DNA of 64,000 nucleotides, taken from Candidatus Sulfotelmatobacter sp. (GTDB lineage: Bacteria; Acidobacteriota; Terriglobia; Terriglobales; Acidobacteriaceae). The first letter of the stretch is position 1, and each line of letters begins with the position of its first letter. Below, piece after piece: positions 55,362 through 64,000 of the stretch. Made by a program: the position numbers and the translations under genes. The stretch is taken from positions 4,716-68,715 of the forward strand of contig DAIUEW010000020.1 of NCBI GenBank assembly GCA_036844925.1. Reading direction: 5' to 3'. The notes below the pieces were generated by a model. It made no database searches, had not been told where the DNA came from, and saw only the letters and a program-made list of their open reading frames with translations.

Positions 55362-58300
55362 TTAGAAGGCGATGCGCAGTCCGAATTCGAACTGGCGCGG
55401 AGCGCCCAGTGCGTAGGTTCCCGACTGGAAGCTTGCCCGGAATGGTACAAGGTTTGCGCCAGGCGTTACGCCGCCGATCGAAGATGCCGATAGCGTCCCA
55501 GGCACAGCGCCTCCAGGGCTCAGCGTTCCCGAGGTTCCTCCCGGCAAGTTGCCCGGCAGGAACGAGTTCGAGAAGTTGAAGATGTTGAAGATGCTGGCGC
55601 TCGGCTCAATAGTCAAGCGCTCCTTGACCTTAATTGGCCATGCTGCCTTCAGGTCGAACGACTTGAGCCAGGGGAAGCCAACCGCACCCGGAGCTACGTT
55701 GGCTAACGAAGGCATCACCCAGCCCATGGCCGTCATGTCAGCACTGCTCATAACGCCATTGGTCACTAACTGGCTGCCAGCAGGCGTCAGGCTGCCTGCA
55801 AAGGTGCTGTTGTAGTGGTTGATCAGGTTCTGCATGTTGTGGACGGTGACGCCACGCTGGAATTCACCGAGATTCGTGCCCGGTACGGGCATGCCTCCGG
55901 GCTGGTTCGAACCAAAGCCGGACCCCAACCAATCGGTGGCGTAGATTTCTCCACCACTGGTCAACTCAGGCAGAGAAATGTTGTCGGGTAGCGGACTGTA
56001 GAAGTGCCCGATCAGGCTCAGCCGCGTGAAAAGAGGCAGGTCGAAGGTTCCGCCGAATGAAAATTGGTGGGTCCGATCCAGAGCGTTCGGTCCAGTAAAC
56101 CGGAGCGGTTCGTCATTGTCCAACGGTAGGTTGACGAAGTCCTGATCCTGCACCTGGCTCGTGAACTTCGAGAGAGAGTAGGAGAATTGGAAGTTGGAGG
56201 ACTTCACCCCAGGAATAGGGTGCTGTACTTGTTGCTTCAAGCTGATTTGCAATCCGCTGTACACGGAACGACCGATCGGCTCAAGCGTGTCCAGGGTTCC
56301 GAGCGAGCCGTTGCCGGCAGGCCCAATGGCAGTATTGACGAAGTTGGAACCGTTTGGAGTAATGCCCGGAAACGCGCATGTGGCGCACGGGGCGCCACCC
56401 GCAACCGCATTGTTGGAATCCAGCCCGGCTGCGGAGTATGCCGATTGGGCTCCCGCCTGCCCTAAAGCCGTGATCATACATGTGACCTGAGACCCAGGAC
56501 CGAGGCAGCCATTCGCGACCTGCGCCGCGTCGCGCGCAGCAATAGCGTTGGCAAGATTGAAGGAGCGCGCCGATCCGCTGTGGTTCTGATCCGTGACGAT
56601 CAGATAATGTTCCCCGATGTTGCGAATGTAATCGGCGGTCAGCACTGTTCCGGGACGAAATTCGTGCTGGATGCCGAGATTCATCTGCCATGAACGGGGA
56701 GTGCGATAGTTCGGGGCGAAGATATCAAATCCGTTAGCGTTTGAGGCGTTCATGGTCGTACCAATAAAATTGGGGTTGGGTTGCAGCCCAATGTTTGCAG
56801 CGGCGGCGGACCTGAAGGCGGTGCCCAAATTCAAGATTTGCTGGCCTACGGTAGAGATCGTGCCACCGCAAAAGTTGGGAGTCACACTTCCGCTCCCGTT
56901 CGATGTCCCAGCTCCTCCCGCCACGGGCCCTGCGGGAATAGTGGTGGGCCAAGCGAATGACTGAGCTACGCCGCCGAAGCACACGAACGGAGTGTCCGAG
57001 AAGATGCCTTTGGGAATTCGACCCGGGCTATCGAACAACACGTTATTCCAGATCGAGTTCTCAAAGAATAAGCCGCCGCCACCACGGATAACTGTCTTTC
57101 CGGTGCCGGATACATCCCAGGCAAAGCCGACTTGCGGGCCGAAGTCGTCGGCAGGAGTCCGCACCCGATCACCGAGTCCCGGAGCCCATGAATTGAGAAC
57201 AGGCAACGGACCCAAGTCACTGTCGACGCGTCCGGTGTCGTGCACATAATGCAAGCCGAGCGAGAGCGTAAACCTGGGTACTATCTTCCACCCATCCCCA
57301 CCATAAAGCTCGAGGCGGTTATCAGGCCCCAAGCCGCCACCAGGGAAGTTGAAAGAGGATTTGGCGGTCGAAAAACCAATACCGTTGCCGAGTTGAACGT
57401 AGCTCGCCGGGTAGGTGGTTGGATCTGCTGGATTGGAGGTGGTTGGCACGTTGGTCGTGCCCACCTGGGGGAAAGTAACGAAGGCTGCCAAGCCGCCGCC
57501 CTGAATATGATTAAAAGCGGCCCCGTAGCGAAATACGTGCTTGCCGACAACCTTGCTGCCATCGTACTTAGCCTGGTGATCGCTCTGAATGGTTTGCTGA
57601 GGCGCGAGAAAGTTGGGTCCGCCGCAATAGGCACCGCCGCCGCTAAACACGCAATCGCCGGCAACGGGAGCACCAATGTTAATGCCCAATCCGGGGAATG
57701 GATTATCCGGGCCGGCGGGGATGCTTCCTGTGCCATCTCCGATTCCGTTGCGGAACTTGAGATATTCGAAGCGGATGCTGTGTGAGAACGAGCCGGTGTT
57801 GAAATCGATACCGGCTACATGGGTCGCAGTGTGGTCTTCATTCTCAAATCCCTGCGTGGAGCTGGCCGAACCATACGGGCGAACCCCATGGTTCTGGAAG
57901 AAGTTAAAGCGGTAGAACGCTCGCGTATTGCCCTTGACGTTCCAGTCTACACGTTCATCCGTTAGCAATTCGCGGTAAGGATCCACCAGAGTGGTGTTCA
58001 ATACGGCAAAAGGACCACCAAAGGGCTCAGCCCCGGTTAGATTTTGTTTCGTGTGTTCGCCGTCCAGGAACCAGAAGAGCTTGTCCTTAATGAACGCTCC
58101 TCCCAAATTGCCGCCGTATTGCTCACGTTGAAACGGTGGCGCGGTAGGACCAGGCAGCGCTGCGGCCAGCTGATTGCCACGAAACAATCCGAATGCTTCG
58201 CCATGAATCGCGTTGCTACCGGAGCGGGTCGTAACGTTCACAGCGCCGGAGGAGGTCAGTTCGGTCGAGAGGTCCAGCGACGACTGCGAAAGCTGGAATT

Positions 58301-58985
58301 CCTGAATCGCGCTGGCAGGAATGTTCTGAGTGGTCGTGCCTACGGTTTCGTCGCTGACGTCGACACCATCCACCTCAATTCTTGCCGTGCGGCCGAACCT
58401 GCCCTGGAAAGAGATCGAGGAGAAACCGTTCTTGGTGGGATCGAAAGTGCTGCCCTCTTGAATCTGAACGCCCGGCTCGAGCTGAGCGAGATCGAGGAAG
58501 TTACGGCCGTTAACAGGGAGATTTTCGATCTGTTCCAGACCGATGGTGCCTTGCACCGTGGCTTGCTCGGTATTGACGCCAACCACCGCCCCTTGAACCT
58601 CAATGACCTGGCTTTCCAGCCCGACTGCCAGCTTTGGGCTGACAGTTGCCGTATTGCCAACTTGCACGGTAACGGGTTCCTCTACTGTCTTGAAGCCTTT
58701 GGCTTCAGCGCGCACTACATAATCACCGGGCTGAATCGGCCCTGAGGAGTAAGTGCCAGCCGAGGAAGCTGTGAGGTGGAGGGCCCCCGCTGTCGCTTTG
58801 TTGGTGATTGTTACCCTGGCATTGGCGACCACCGCACCGGATTGATCGGTCACGGTGCCCTGAACACTGCCGGTTCCAACCGTGGATTGGGCCAGCGTGA
58901 AGGTTGAGACCAGCAGGAACATTAGAGCCAGGAGCGCACTGAAGCGCGCGCAAACATGGCGGGGAGAGCTAAGGTTCGACATCAT
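55362..58985 (-). CDS. TonB-dependent outer-membrane receptor with carboxypeptidase-regulatory-like domain
   Basis: Signal peptide ...LALMFLLVSTFTLAQS. GTVTDQSGAVVANARVTITN...GTYSSGPIQPGDY. Plug NGRNFLDLAQLEPGV. Barrel ends GLRIAF. Start at the ATG-ATG after GGAAGGTGG; the ORF extends to 59024. Confidence 0.85.
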   Translation of the reverse strand: MMSNLSSPRHVCARFSALLALMFLLVSTFTLAQSTVGTGSVQGTVTDQSGAVVANARVTITNKATAGALHLTASSAGTYSSGPIQPGDYVVRAEAKGFKTVEEPVTVQVGNTATVSPKLAVGLESQVIEVQGAVVGVNTEQATVQGTIGLEQIENLPVNGRNFLDLAQLEPGVQIQEGSTFDPTKNGFSSISFQGRFGRTARIEVDGVDVSDETVGTTTQNIPASAIQEFQLSQSSLDLSTELTSSGAVNVTTRSGSNAIHGEAFGLFRGNQLAAALPGPTAPPFQREQYGGNLGGAFIKDKLFWFLDGEHTKQNLTGAEPFGGPFAVLNTTLVDPYRELLTDERVDWNVKGNTRAFYRFNFFQNHGVRPYGSASSTQGFENEDHTATHVAGIDFNTGSFSHSIRFEYLKFRNGIGDGTGSIPAGPDNPFPGLGINIGAPVAGDCVFSGGGAYCGGPNFLAPQQTIQSDHQAKYDGSKVVGKHVFRYGAAFNHIQGGGLAAFVTFPQVGTTNVPTTSNPADPTTYPASYVQLGNGIGFSTAKSSFNFPGGGLGPDNRLELYGGDGWKIVPRFTLSLGLHYVHDTGRVDSDLGPLPVLNSWAPGLGDRVRTPADDFGPQVGFAWDVSGTGKTVIRGGGGLFFENSIWNNVLFDSPGRIPKGIFSDTPFVCFGGVAQSFAWPTTIPAGPVAGGAGTSNGSGSVTPNFCGGTISTVGQQILNLGTAFRSAAAANIGLQPNPNFIGTTMNASNANGFDIFAPNYRTPRSWQMNLGIQHEFRPGTVLTADYIRNIGEHYLIVTDQNHSGSARSFNLANAIAARDAAQVANGCLGPGSQVTCMITALGQAGAQSAYSAAGLDSNNAVAGGAPCATCAFPGITPNGSNFVNTAIGPAGNGSLGTLDTLEPIGRSVYSGLQISLKQQVQHPIPGVKSSNFQFSYSLSKFTSQVQDQDFVNLPLDNDEPLRFTGPNALDRTHQFSFGGTFDLPLFTRLSLIGHFYSPLPDNISLPELTSGGEIYATDWLGSGFGSNQPGGMPVPGTNLGEFQRGVTVHNMQNLINHYNSTFAGSLTPAGSQLVTNGVMSSADMTAMGWVMPSLANVAPGAVGFPWLKSFDLKAAWPIKVKERLTIEPSASIFNIFNFSNSFLPGNLPGGTSGTLSPGGAVPGTLSASSIGGVTPGANLVPFRASFQSGTYALGAPRQFEFGLRIAF

Positions 58986-59431
58986 CCACCTTCCTTTCGG
59001 AAACTTCACAGAGTCGCTTTGCATAAGTTTTGGAAACTTTCTCTTTCAGAAAATTCGTTCTCGTTCAGAATTCTTTCGTCAGGATTTAGGAACCGCGAAA
59101 TTGACGATTGCCGCTCGGGAGGCCGGAGTTGGAATATCATTCTCCGCGCTTAACATTACCTTGCATAACAAATGTTTCAGAGCACACTCACACGAGCCTA
59201 GGACTGGGATTCAGATCAATCAGAGCAATCTGCTCGCCAGTGTGAACGTTGACGCGAAACGCCAATGCATCTATATGTTTCTTAATATACTTACTCCTTT
59301 TTTGTCCTGAGTCGATTCGAGCCGCGGGAGGGCTTATACACGGAATTCGATCCAAGAAACAGTATTACTAATTCCGTAAAATGGATGAAAACAATTCAAC
59401 AGATTTCAACATCTGTGCGCTCGAGCGATTG

Positions 59432-60550
59432 TTAATGCGGCTGGACTTCGGGAAGCGGCTGAGCGGCTGATGGCACATCCTTGGCGTAGTCCTTGCCAAG
59501 AAAAGCCGCCACAGTGGCCGCGATTTGTGCCTGCGTCACGGGCGCAACGTTGACGCGTTCACCCATCGCCCGAGTATCGGGACCGATCACGGCAATCCAG
59601 ATGTTCTCCGATCCCTTCTGATCGACGCCATGCTCTTTCCAATCCACCGGACCGCTTCCTCGCCCATGGTCGGTGGTGATGATGAAAGTGGTTTGATCGC
59701 GGTAGGCGGGGATGGACTGCATCGTCTCCCAGAGTTCCTCGGTGAAGCGGTCGAACTGGTGGGCGCTCTCGAGCACCAGGTCGTAGCGGCCAGAATGGGC
59801 CCAGTTGTCAGTTTCCCCGTATCCCACAAAAAGAACGCGTACATCGTTCTTCCGCACATATTCGAGCAAAGGAATTTGCAGGAAGGAATCGTAGACATCA
59901 TCGTCATCGAGGCGTGTAGTAGTACGGTAAAGGCGGTTCAGCAAATCCTCGCGCGGAGTGAGAGCGCCTTTTGGAGGATCCCATCCCACCTGCATTACTA
60001 AACCGCTGCGTTTTTCATTGAAGATGTCGGCGAAGATGCTCCATGTTCCATAGACCGCGACTTTGCCGTGAAGCTCGGGAAAGCGATTCAGCCACTCGAA
60101 GACCGTTAGATTCGGATTGACGCCGAATTCATTGCTATCGACGTGCGGGTCGAGATGTCCGGTGAGCATCTCATTGTATCCGGGATACGAAAATGCTAAG
60201 CCATTGGTGACGCGAGCTACGCTGCCCTCGGCCTGGTTGCCAAAGATTTGTCCTTGTTTTGCGGCGACATTCCAAAGGAACGGAAAAAGCGCTCGGCGAC
60301 GCTCCGCGAAGTCATCGCGCCAGTAGTCGCGGCGCAGGCGATTGACGTCGTCCCAGATCCCGCCATCTTTTTCATTCAGTAGGGCAGGATCTGCGCCGGT
60401 GAATATCTCCTGCCAGCGCAGGCCATCGCTGACGATCAGTACAACAGTGCGCGTCTTCAGGTGCGAAGGAGCTTGTTGGGCGAATATTAACCGCGGCGCA
60501 AGTAGAAGTACGATCGCAATGGCGAAGGCGGTGCGAGAGAGCTTGTTCAT
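59432..60550 (-). CDS. Secreted alkaline-phosphatase-superfamily protein (type I phosphodiesterase/nucleotide pyrophosphatase-like)
   Basis: Signal peptide. Metal/nucleophile-region patterns VVLIVSDGLRW, FSYPGYNEMLTGH, ITTDHGRG. Substrate unknown. Confidence 0.65.
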   Translation of the reverse strand: MNKLSRTAFAIAIVLLLAPRLIFAQQAPSHLKTRTVVLIVSDGLRWQEIFTGADPALLNEKDGGIWDDVNRLRRDYWRDDFAERRRALFPFLWNVAAKQGQIFGNQAEGSVARVTNGLAFSYPGYNEMLTGHLDPHVDSNEFGVNPNLTVFEWLNRFPELHGKVAVYGTWSIFADIFNEKRSGLVMQVGWDPPKGALTPREDLLNRLYRTTTRLDDDDVYDSFLQIPLLEYVRKNDVRVLFVGYGETDNWAHSGRYDLVLESAHQFDRFTEELWETMQSIPAYRDQTTFIITTDHGRGSGPVDWKEHGVDQKGSENIWIAVIGPDTRAMGERVNVAPVTQAQIAATVAAFLGKDYAKDVPSAAQPLPEVQPH

Positions 60551-60585
60551 TTTTTCTTTCGATGAAGGGAAATTGCGGATTGAAT

Positions 60586-60662
60586 TGGTGGCGGCGCGTG
60601 GACTCGAACCACGGACCTACGGATTATGAGACCGTCGCTCTAACCACCTGAGCTACGCCGCC
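60586..60662 (-). tRNA. tRNA-Met (anticodon CAT), elongator-type; could be lysidine-modified tRNA-Ile2
   Basis: The reverse complement folds as a cloverleaf: GGCGGCG-TA-GCTC-AGGTGGTTA-GAGC-G-ACGGT-CTCATAA-TCCGT-AGGTC-CGTGG-TTCGAGT-CCACG-CGCCGCC-ACCA. G1-C72 is paired, so it is not an initiator. CCA is encoded. Confidence 0.9.
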
Positions 60663-60723
60663 ACGTGTGCAAGAATACAATGTTGCAAAACGATGATTCT
60701 AAGCAGTTTATCATAAACAACGG

Positions 60724-62121
60724 CTAGCCGTTGACTTGCGAATACGTGGACCTCCGGAGAAACTCGCCTTGCCCGGCGCGGCCCAGAAACTTGTCGCCAT
60801 CCACGACGACGCGGCCGCGCGATAGAACGATGTCGGGCATACCCGTCACCTGAATGCCTTCGAACATCGAGTAATCCACCCGCATGTGGTGCGTGGCGGC
60901 GCTGATTGTGTGTTTGCGCTTGGGATCGAAGATAACGAGATCGGCATCGCTGCCGACGGCGATCGTTCCCTTCCGCGGGTACAAGCCAAAGAGCTTGGCA
61001 GGAGTGGTAGCGACGAGCTCGACAAAGCGATTCACGCTGAAACGTCCCTGGGCAACGCCGCCGGAGTAAATCAGGCTCATGCGATGCTCGATGCCGGGGC
61101 CACCGTTCGGTATTTTGGTGAAGTCGTCGCGGCCGAGTTCTTTCTGCTCCTTGAAACAGAATGGGCAGTGGTCCGTGGAAACCACTTGCAGATGATCGCG
61201 CTCGAGGCCGCTCCAGAGTTTTTCCTGGTGCCACTTTTCGCGAAGCGGCGGAGTGAAGACAAATTTCGCGCCCTCAAAATCGGGGACATCAAAGTTTTCA
61301 ATCGAGAGATACAAATACTGTGGGCAGGTTTCGGCGTAGACGGGAAGGCCGCGGTCGCGCGCCTCGCGCACTTTTTCCAGAGCTTCATTGCAACTCAAAT
61401 GCACGATGTAGATGGGAGCGCCGGCCATCTCGGCTAATGCAATCGCGCGCGCGACTGCCTCGGCCTCGGCCGTGGTCGGCCGCGTCAGTGCGTGATATTT
61501 TGGCGCCTTCTTTCCTTCGGCTAGCGCCTGCTGGACGATGACATCGATTGCGCTGCCATTTTCGGCGTGCATGCAAATAAGTCCGCCATTTTTGGCGGTG
61601 GTCTGCAGCGCGCGGAAGATGCTGGCATCGTCGAGCATGAAGAGGCCGGGATAGGCCATGAAGAGTTTGAAGCTGGTGACGCCTTCACCCACCAGCGCGC
61701 TCATCTGCTGCAACTGACCATCGCTAATGTCGGTAACGATGCAGTGGAAGGCATAGTCGCAGACGGCCTTCTTTGAGGCTTTGTTCATCCATGTGTCGAA
61801 CGCTTTTCGCAGCGGCTGGCCTTTGTACTGGATGGCGAAGTCGATGAGCGTAGTGGTTCCTCCGAATGCGGCAGCACGTGTTCCGGTTTCAAAATCGTCG
61901 GCGCTGGTGGTGCCGCCGAATGGCATATCGAGATGCGTGTGAACATCGATGCCGCCGGGGAAAACATATTTTTCCGATGCGTCGAGTACCTTCGCAGCAT
62001 TCTGTCGAGGAAGATCCTTGCCGATGGCGGTGATCTTGCCGTCTGCGATTGCAACGTCCGCGGTGTAGGTATCGGCCGCCGTCACCACGGATCCGTTGCA
62101 TAGGATTGTGTCGAATCCCAT
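60724..62121 (-). CDS. Dihydropyrimidinase / D-hydantoinase
   Basis: 465 aa. Cyclic amidohydrolase motifs GGIDVHTHLDMPF, SFKLFMAY (carbamylated Lys), MHAENG, IVHLS, STDHCPF. Confidence 0.9.
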   Translation of the reverse strand: MGFDTILCNGSVVTAADTYTADVAIADGKITAIGKDLPRQNAAKVLDASEKYVFPGGIDVHTHLDMPFGGTTSADDFETGTRAAAFGGTTTLIDFAIQYKGQPLRKAFDTWMNKASKKAVCDYAFHCIVTDISDGQLQQMSALVGEGVTSFKLFMAYPGLFMLDDASIFRALQTTAKNGGLICMHAENGSAIDVIVQQALAEGKKAPKYHALTRPTTAEAEAVARAIALAEMAGAPIYIVHLSCNEALEKVREARDRGLPVYAETCPQYLYLSIENFDVPDFEGAKFVFTPPLREKWHQEKLWSGLERDHLQVVSTDHCPFCFKEQKELGRDDFTKIPNGGPGIEHRMSLIYSGGVAQGRFSVNRFVELVATTPAKLFGLYPRKGTIAVGSDADLVIFDPKRKHTISAATHHMRVDYSMFEGIQVTGMPDIVLSRGRVVVDGDKFLGRAGQGEFLRRSTYSQVNG

Positions 62122-62271
62122 CGATGCCTCCGCTCGGCCTGAGATAGAAGATGAAGAAGGAATTCTATGCTACACTGCCCAACCTTAGCTCCTAAGTTTC
62201 TAGTTTCCAGTTTCTAGTCCTCGCACGTCATTCCTCATATACTTTTACTTTCGCTTAGGGGAGGCGCCATC

Positions 62272-63279
62272 ATGCAATTTGGCATCACGATGAAGCCGGA
62301 TATTTCCGTGGAGCGCATTGTGGGTTTAACGCGGCAGGCCGAAGATGCGGGAATACAGTATGGATGGCTCTTCGACTCGCACGTTTTATGGATGGACCCC
62401 TATCCGTTGCTCACGCTGATGGCTGCGAATACTCGCAAGATGCGGCTGGGCACGCTGGTCACTAACCCCGCAGTGCGCGATCTGACGGTGACGTCGAGCT
62501 TGTTCGCGACGTTGAATCTGATTTCTGGTGGAAGGATGGAACTCGGTATCGGACGCGGAGACAGCTCACGACGCGTGCTTGGGAAAAAACCGGTGAGCTG
62601 GTCACAGCTCGAAAGCGCAGTAAAGACTTTCCGCGACCTCACTGCGGGACGCGAGATTGAGCACGACGGTCAACCGACGCGCCTCACGTGGGCCAAAGTT
62701 CCTCCGCGAGTATGGATCGCAGGCTATGGGCCGAAGGTATTGCACATGGCTGGGAGGGTTGCCGACGGAATCATACTTCAGTTTGCCGATCCTGACTTAA
62801 TCTCCTGGTGTATGGGCTTCGTGAAAGAAGGCGCTCGCGCAGCGGGCCGGGACGAGAACAAAATCGAGGTCATGTCGGCAGCTCCGGTATGGGTTTCTGA
62901 CGATCTGGATGTCGCGCGCGAGCGGGTGCGCTGGTTCCCGGCGCTGGTCTCGAATCACGTGATGGATCTGATCCGGCAATACAAGCCGGACGATTTGCCG
63001 GCGGCACTTACTTCGTATGTGCAGGATAGAGGCCATTACGACTACAAGCACCACTGCGTAGTCGAAAGCGATAATGCAAATTTTGTATCTGATGAAGTGG
63101 TCGACCGTTTTTGCGTGGTCGGGCCAGTGGCGGCGCACCATGAAAAATTGCGAAAGCTGGCGAGTGTAGGGGTTACACAATTCAATTTGTACTTGATGTG
63201 CGGAGACGAAGAGCAATCGCTCGAAATTTATCAGCGCGAAGTGCTGCCTGCGTTTCAGAGGAGTGTGCAGAAACATTAG
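62272..63279 (+). CDS. Luciferase-like (LLM) flavin/F420-dependent oxidoreductase, Mer-like
   Basis: 335 aa TIM-barrel LLM pattern (FGITMKP..., LGTLVTNP, GRMELGIGRGDS, WIAGYGPK). AGGGGAGG RBS. Confidence 0.8.
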   Translation: MQFGITMKPDISVERIVGLTRQAEDAGIQYGWLFDSHVLWMDPYPLLTLMAANTRKMRLGTLVTNPAVRDLTVTSSLFATLNLISGGRMELGIGRGDSSRRVLGKKPVSWSQLESAVKTFRDLTAGREIEHDGQPTRLTWAKVPPRVWIAGYGPKVLHMAGRVADGIILQFADPDLISWCMGFVKEGARAAGRDENKIEVMSAAPVWVSDDLDVARERVRWFPALVSNHVMDLIRQYKPDDLPAALTSYVQDRGHYDYKHHCVVESDNANFVSDEVVDRFCVVGPVAAHHEKLRKLASVGVTQFNLYLMCGDEEQSLEIYQREVLPAFQRSVQKH

Positions 63280-63317
63280 AAGGCGGCTGAAAGACGATTG
63301 TATCGATGGCAGTTTGA

Positions 63318-63412
63318 CCTCAGCGGCTAAAGCCGCTACTAAAATGGCTTTATCGCAGCGCTGAAGCGCTGCGCCACCCAAAAGCAAGCCGGGCTGCGCC
63401 ACCCAAAAGCAG
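63318..63412 (+). repeat. REP-like element, family A subtype 2
   Basis: cctcagcggc-taaa-gccgct...cgcagcgc-tgaa-gcgctgcg-ccacccaaaagc, with a duplicated ctgcgccacccaaaagc tail. Confidence 0.8.
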
Positions 63413-63453
63413 GCCGCTCCAAAAAGACGCGAGATCGAGTTCGTCTGCTGAAG

Positions 63454-64000
63454 CTACGCCGTTGAGATCGGCGAAAGAAGCGGCGGGCGCTGGAATTTCA
63501 TCATTGCGTAGTAGGCTGCAAAAGAAACGGCGAAGCCCACGAACCAGGAATAGTCATAGAGGACACGCACCGAGGGAACCGTAAGCCCGACGAGAGCTGT
63601 CCCCGCTCCGAGCGCGAGCGCAATCACTGCGCTCCAGTTGAATCCACCGGAGTACTCGTAGATTCCTCCGCGAAGATAGAGATCGTCTACTTTTAGGAAA
63701 CATCTTCGGACAACGAAATAGTCGCAGATCATAATGCCGGCGACTGGTCCGAGAAAAGCGGCGTAACCGCCCAGCCAGCCGAGGATGAACGTCTTGTAAT
63801 CGGCAAGAAGTTTCCACGGCATCAATGCGATGCCCATGAAGCAGGTAATCACGCCACCAATGCGAAAACTGATTCGCCGAGGCCACAGATTGGAAAAATC
63901 ATTTGCCGGCGATACCACGTTGGCGCCTATGTTGACGTTGAGTGTAGCCAATAAAATCGCGATCAGCGAGATCACCACGGCCACGGGCGAGTGGAAGCGG
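63454..64000 (-). CDS. NCS1-family nucleobase/hydantoin:cation symporter, C-terminal part (truncated by the window edge)
   Basis: The frame stays open to position 64000. NCS1 TM8-12 pattern (NVVSPANDF, PWKLL, GWLGGYAAFLGPVAGIMICDYF). Confidence 0.8.
   Translation of the reverse strand, partial: RFHSPVAVVISLIAILLATLNVNIGANVVSPANDFSNLWPRRISFRIGGVITCFMGIALMPWKLLADYKTFILGWLGGYAAFLGPVAGIMICDYFVVRRCFLKVDDLYLRGGIYEYSGGFNWSAVIALALGAGTALVGLTVPSVRVLYDYSWFVGFAVSFAAYYAMMKFQRPPLLSPISTA

Noticed and set aside
60551-60723. tRNA-Met flank considered as an integration site for a genomic island
   Set aside because: There is no integrase and no direct repeat of the tRNA 3' end. Both neighbours (AP-superfamily protein, dihydropyrimidinase) look like ordinary chromosomal genes.

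Overview
This is a 64-kb, GC-rich chromosomal segment with no similarity searches run; all calls come from reading the ORF translations and the DNA. It most likely comes from an Acidobacteriota (Terriglobia-like) genome. That inference rests on three ~1200-aa TonB-dependent receptors with N-terminal carboxypeptidase-regulatory-like domains, tandem MacB/FtsX-type permeases, and dense GC-hairpin REP-like repeats. I found no transposase, integrase, phage gene, CRISPR array or recognisable defence system.

Content:
- **141-29427:** a large, mostly minus-strand lipid / hydroxy-fatty-acid catabolic locus. It holds two TonB receptors, a secreted carboxylesterase, an alpha/beta hydrolase, an SDR, an acyl-CoA synthetase, a FadB-like enzyme, a Zn-ADH, a TetR regulator, two acyl-CoA dehydrogenases, an enone reductase, an AKR and an OM beta-barrel. 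It also contains an unfused ACAD10/11-type kinase + dehydrogenase + phosphatase module.
- **29470-36001:** a membrane protein, two orphan MacB-type permeases, and a GNAT-trmFO-GNAT operon.
- **36164-50177:** housekeeping genes: selB, purL, purF, prmC, tspO, dinB-family, prfA, DUF1385 and an ATP-dependent DNA ligase.
- **50219-64000:** parDE, a CDF transporter, a membrane HD-GYP/GAF/GGDEF/PilZ c-di-GMP protein, a third TonB receptor, tRNA-Met(CAT), and a dihydropyrimidinase / LLM oxidoreductase / NCS1 permease cluster.

The most unusual sequence-level signal is that short tandem repeats and intergenic REP-like hairpin elements sit in frame inside many otherwise conserved enzymes (purL, prmC, DUF1385, ligase, selB, the APH kinase, crotonase, SDR, ADH). 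All detectable copies of the two main repeat families are co-oriented on the + strand.

Start codons are often uncertain, because the GC-rich sequence produces long upstream and antisense ORFs.
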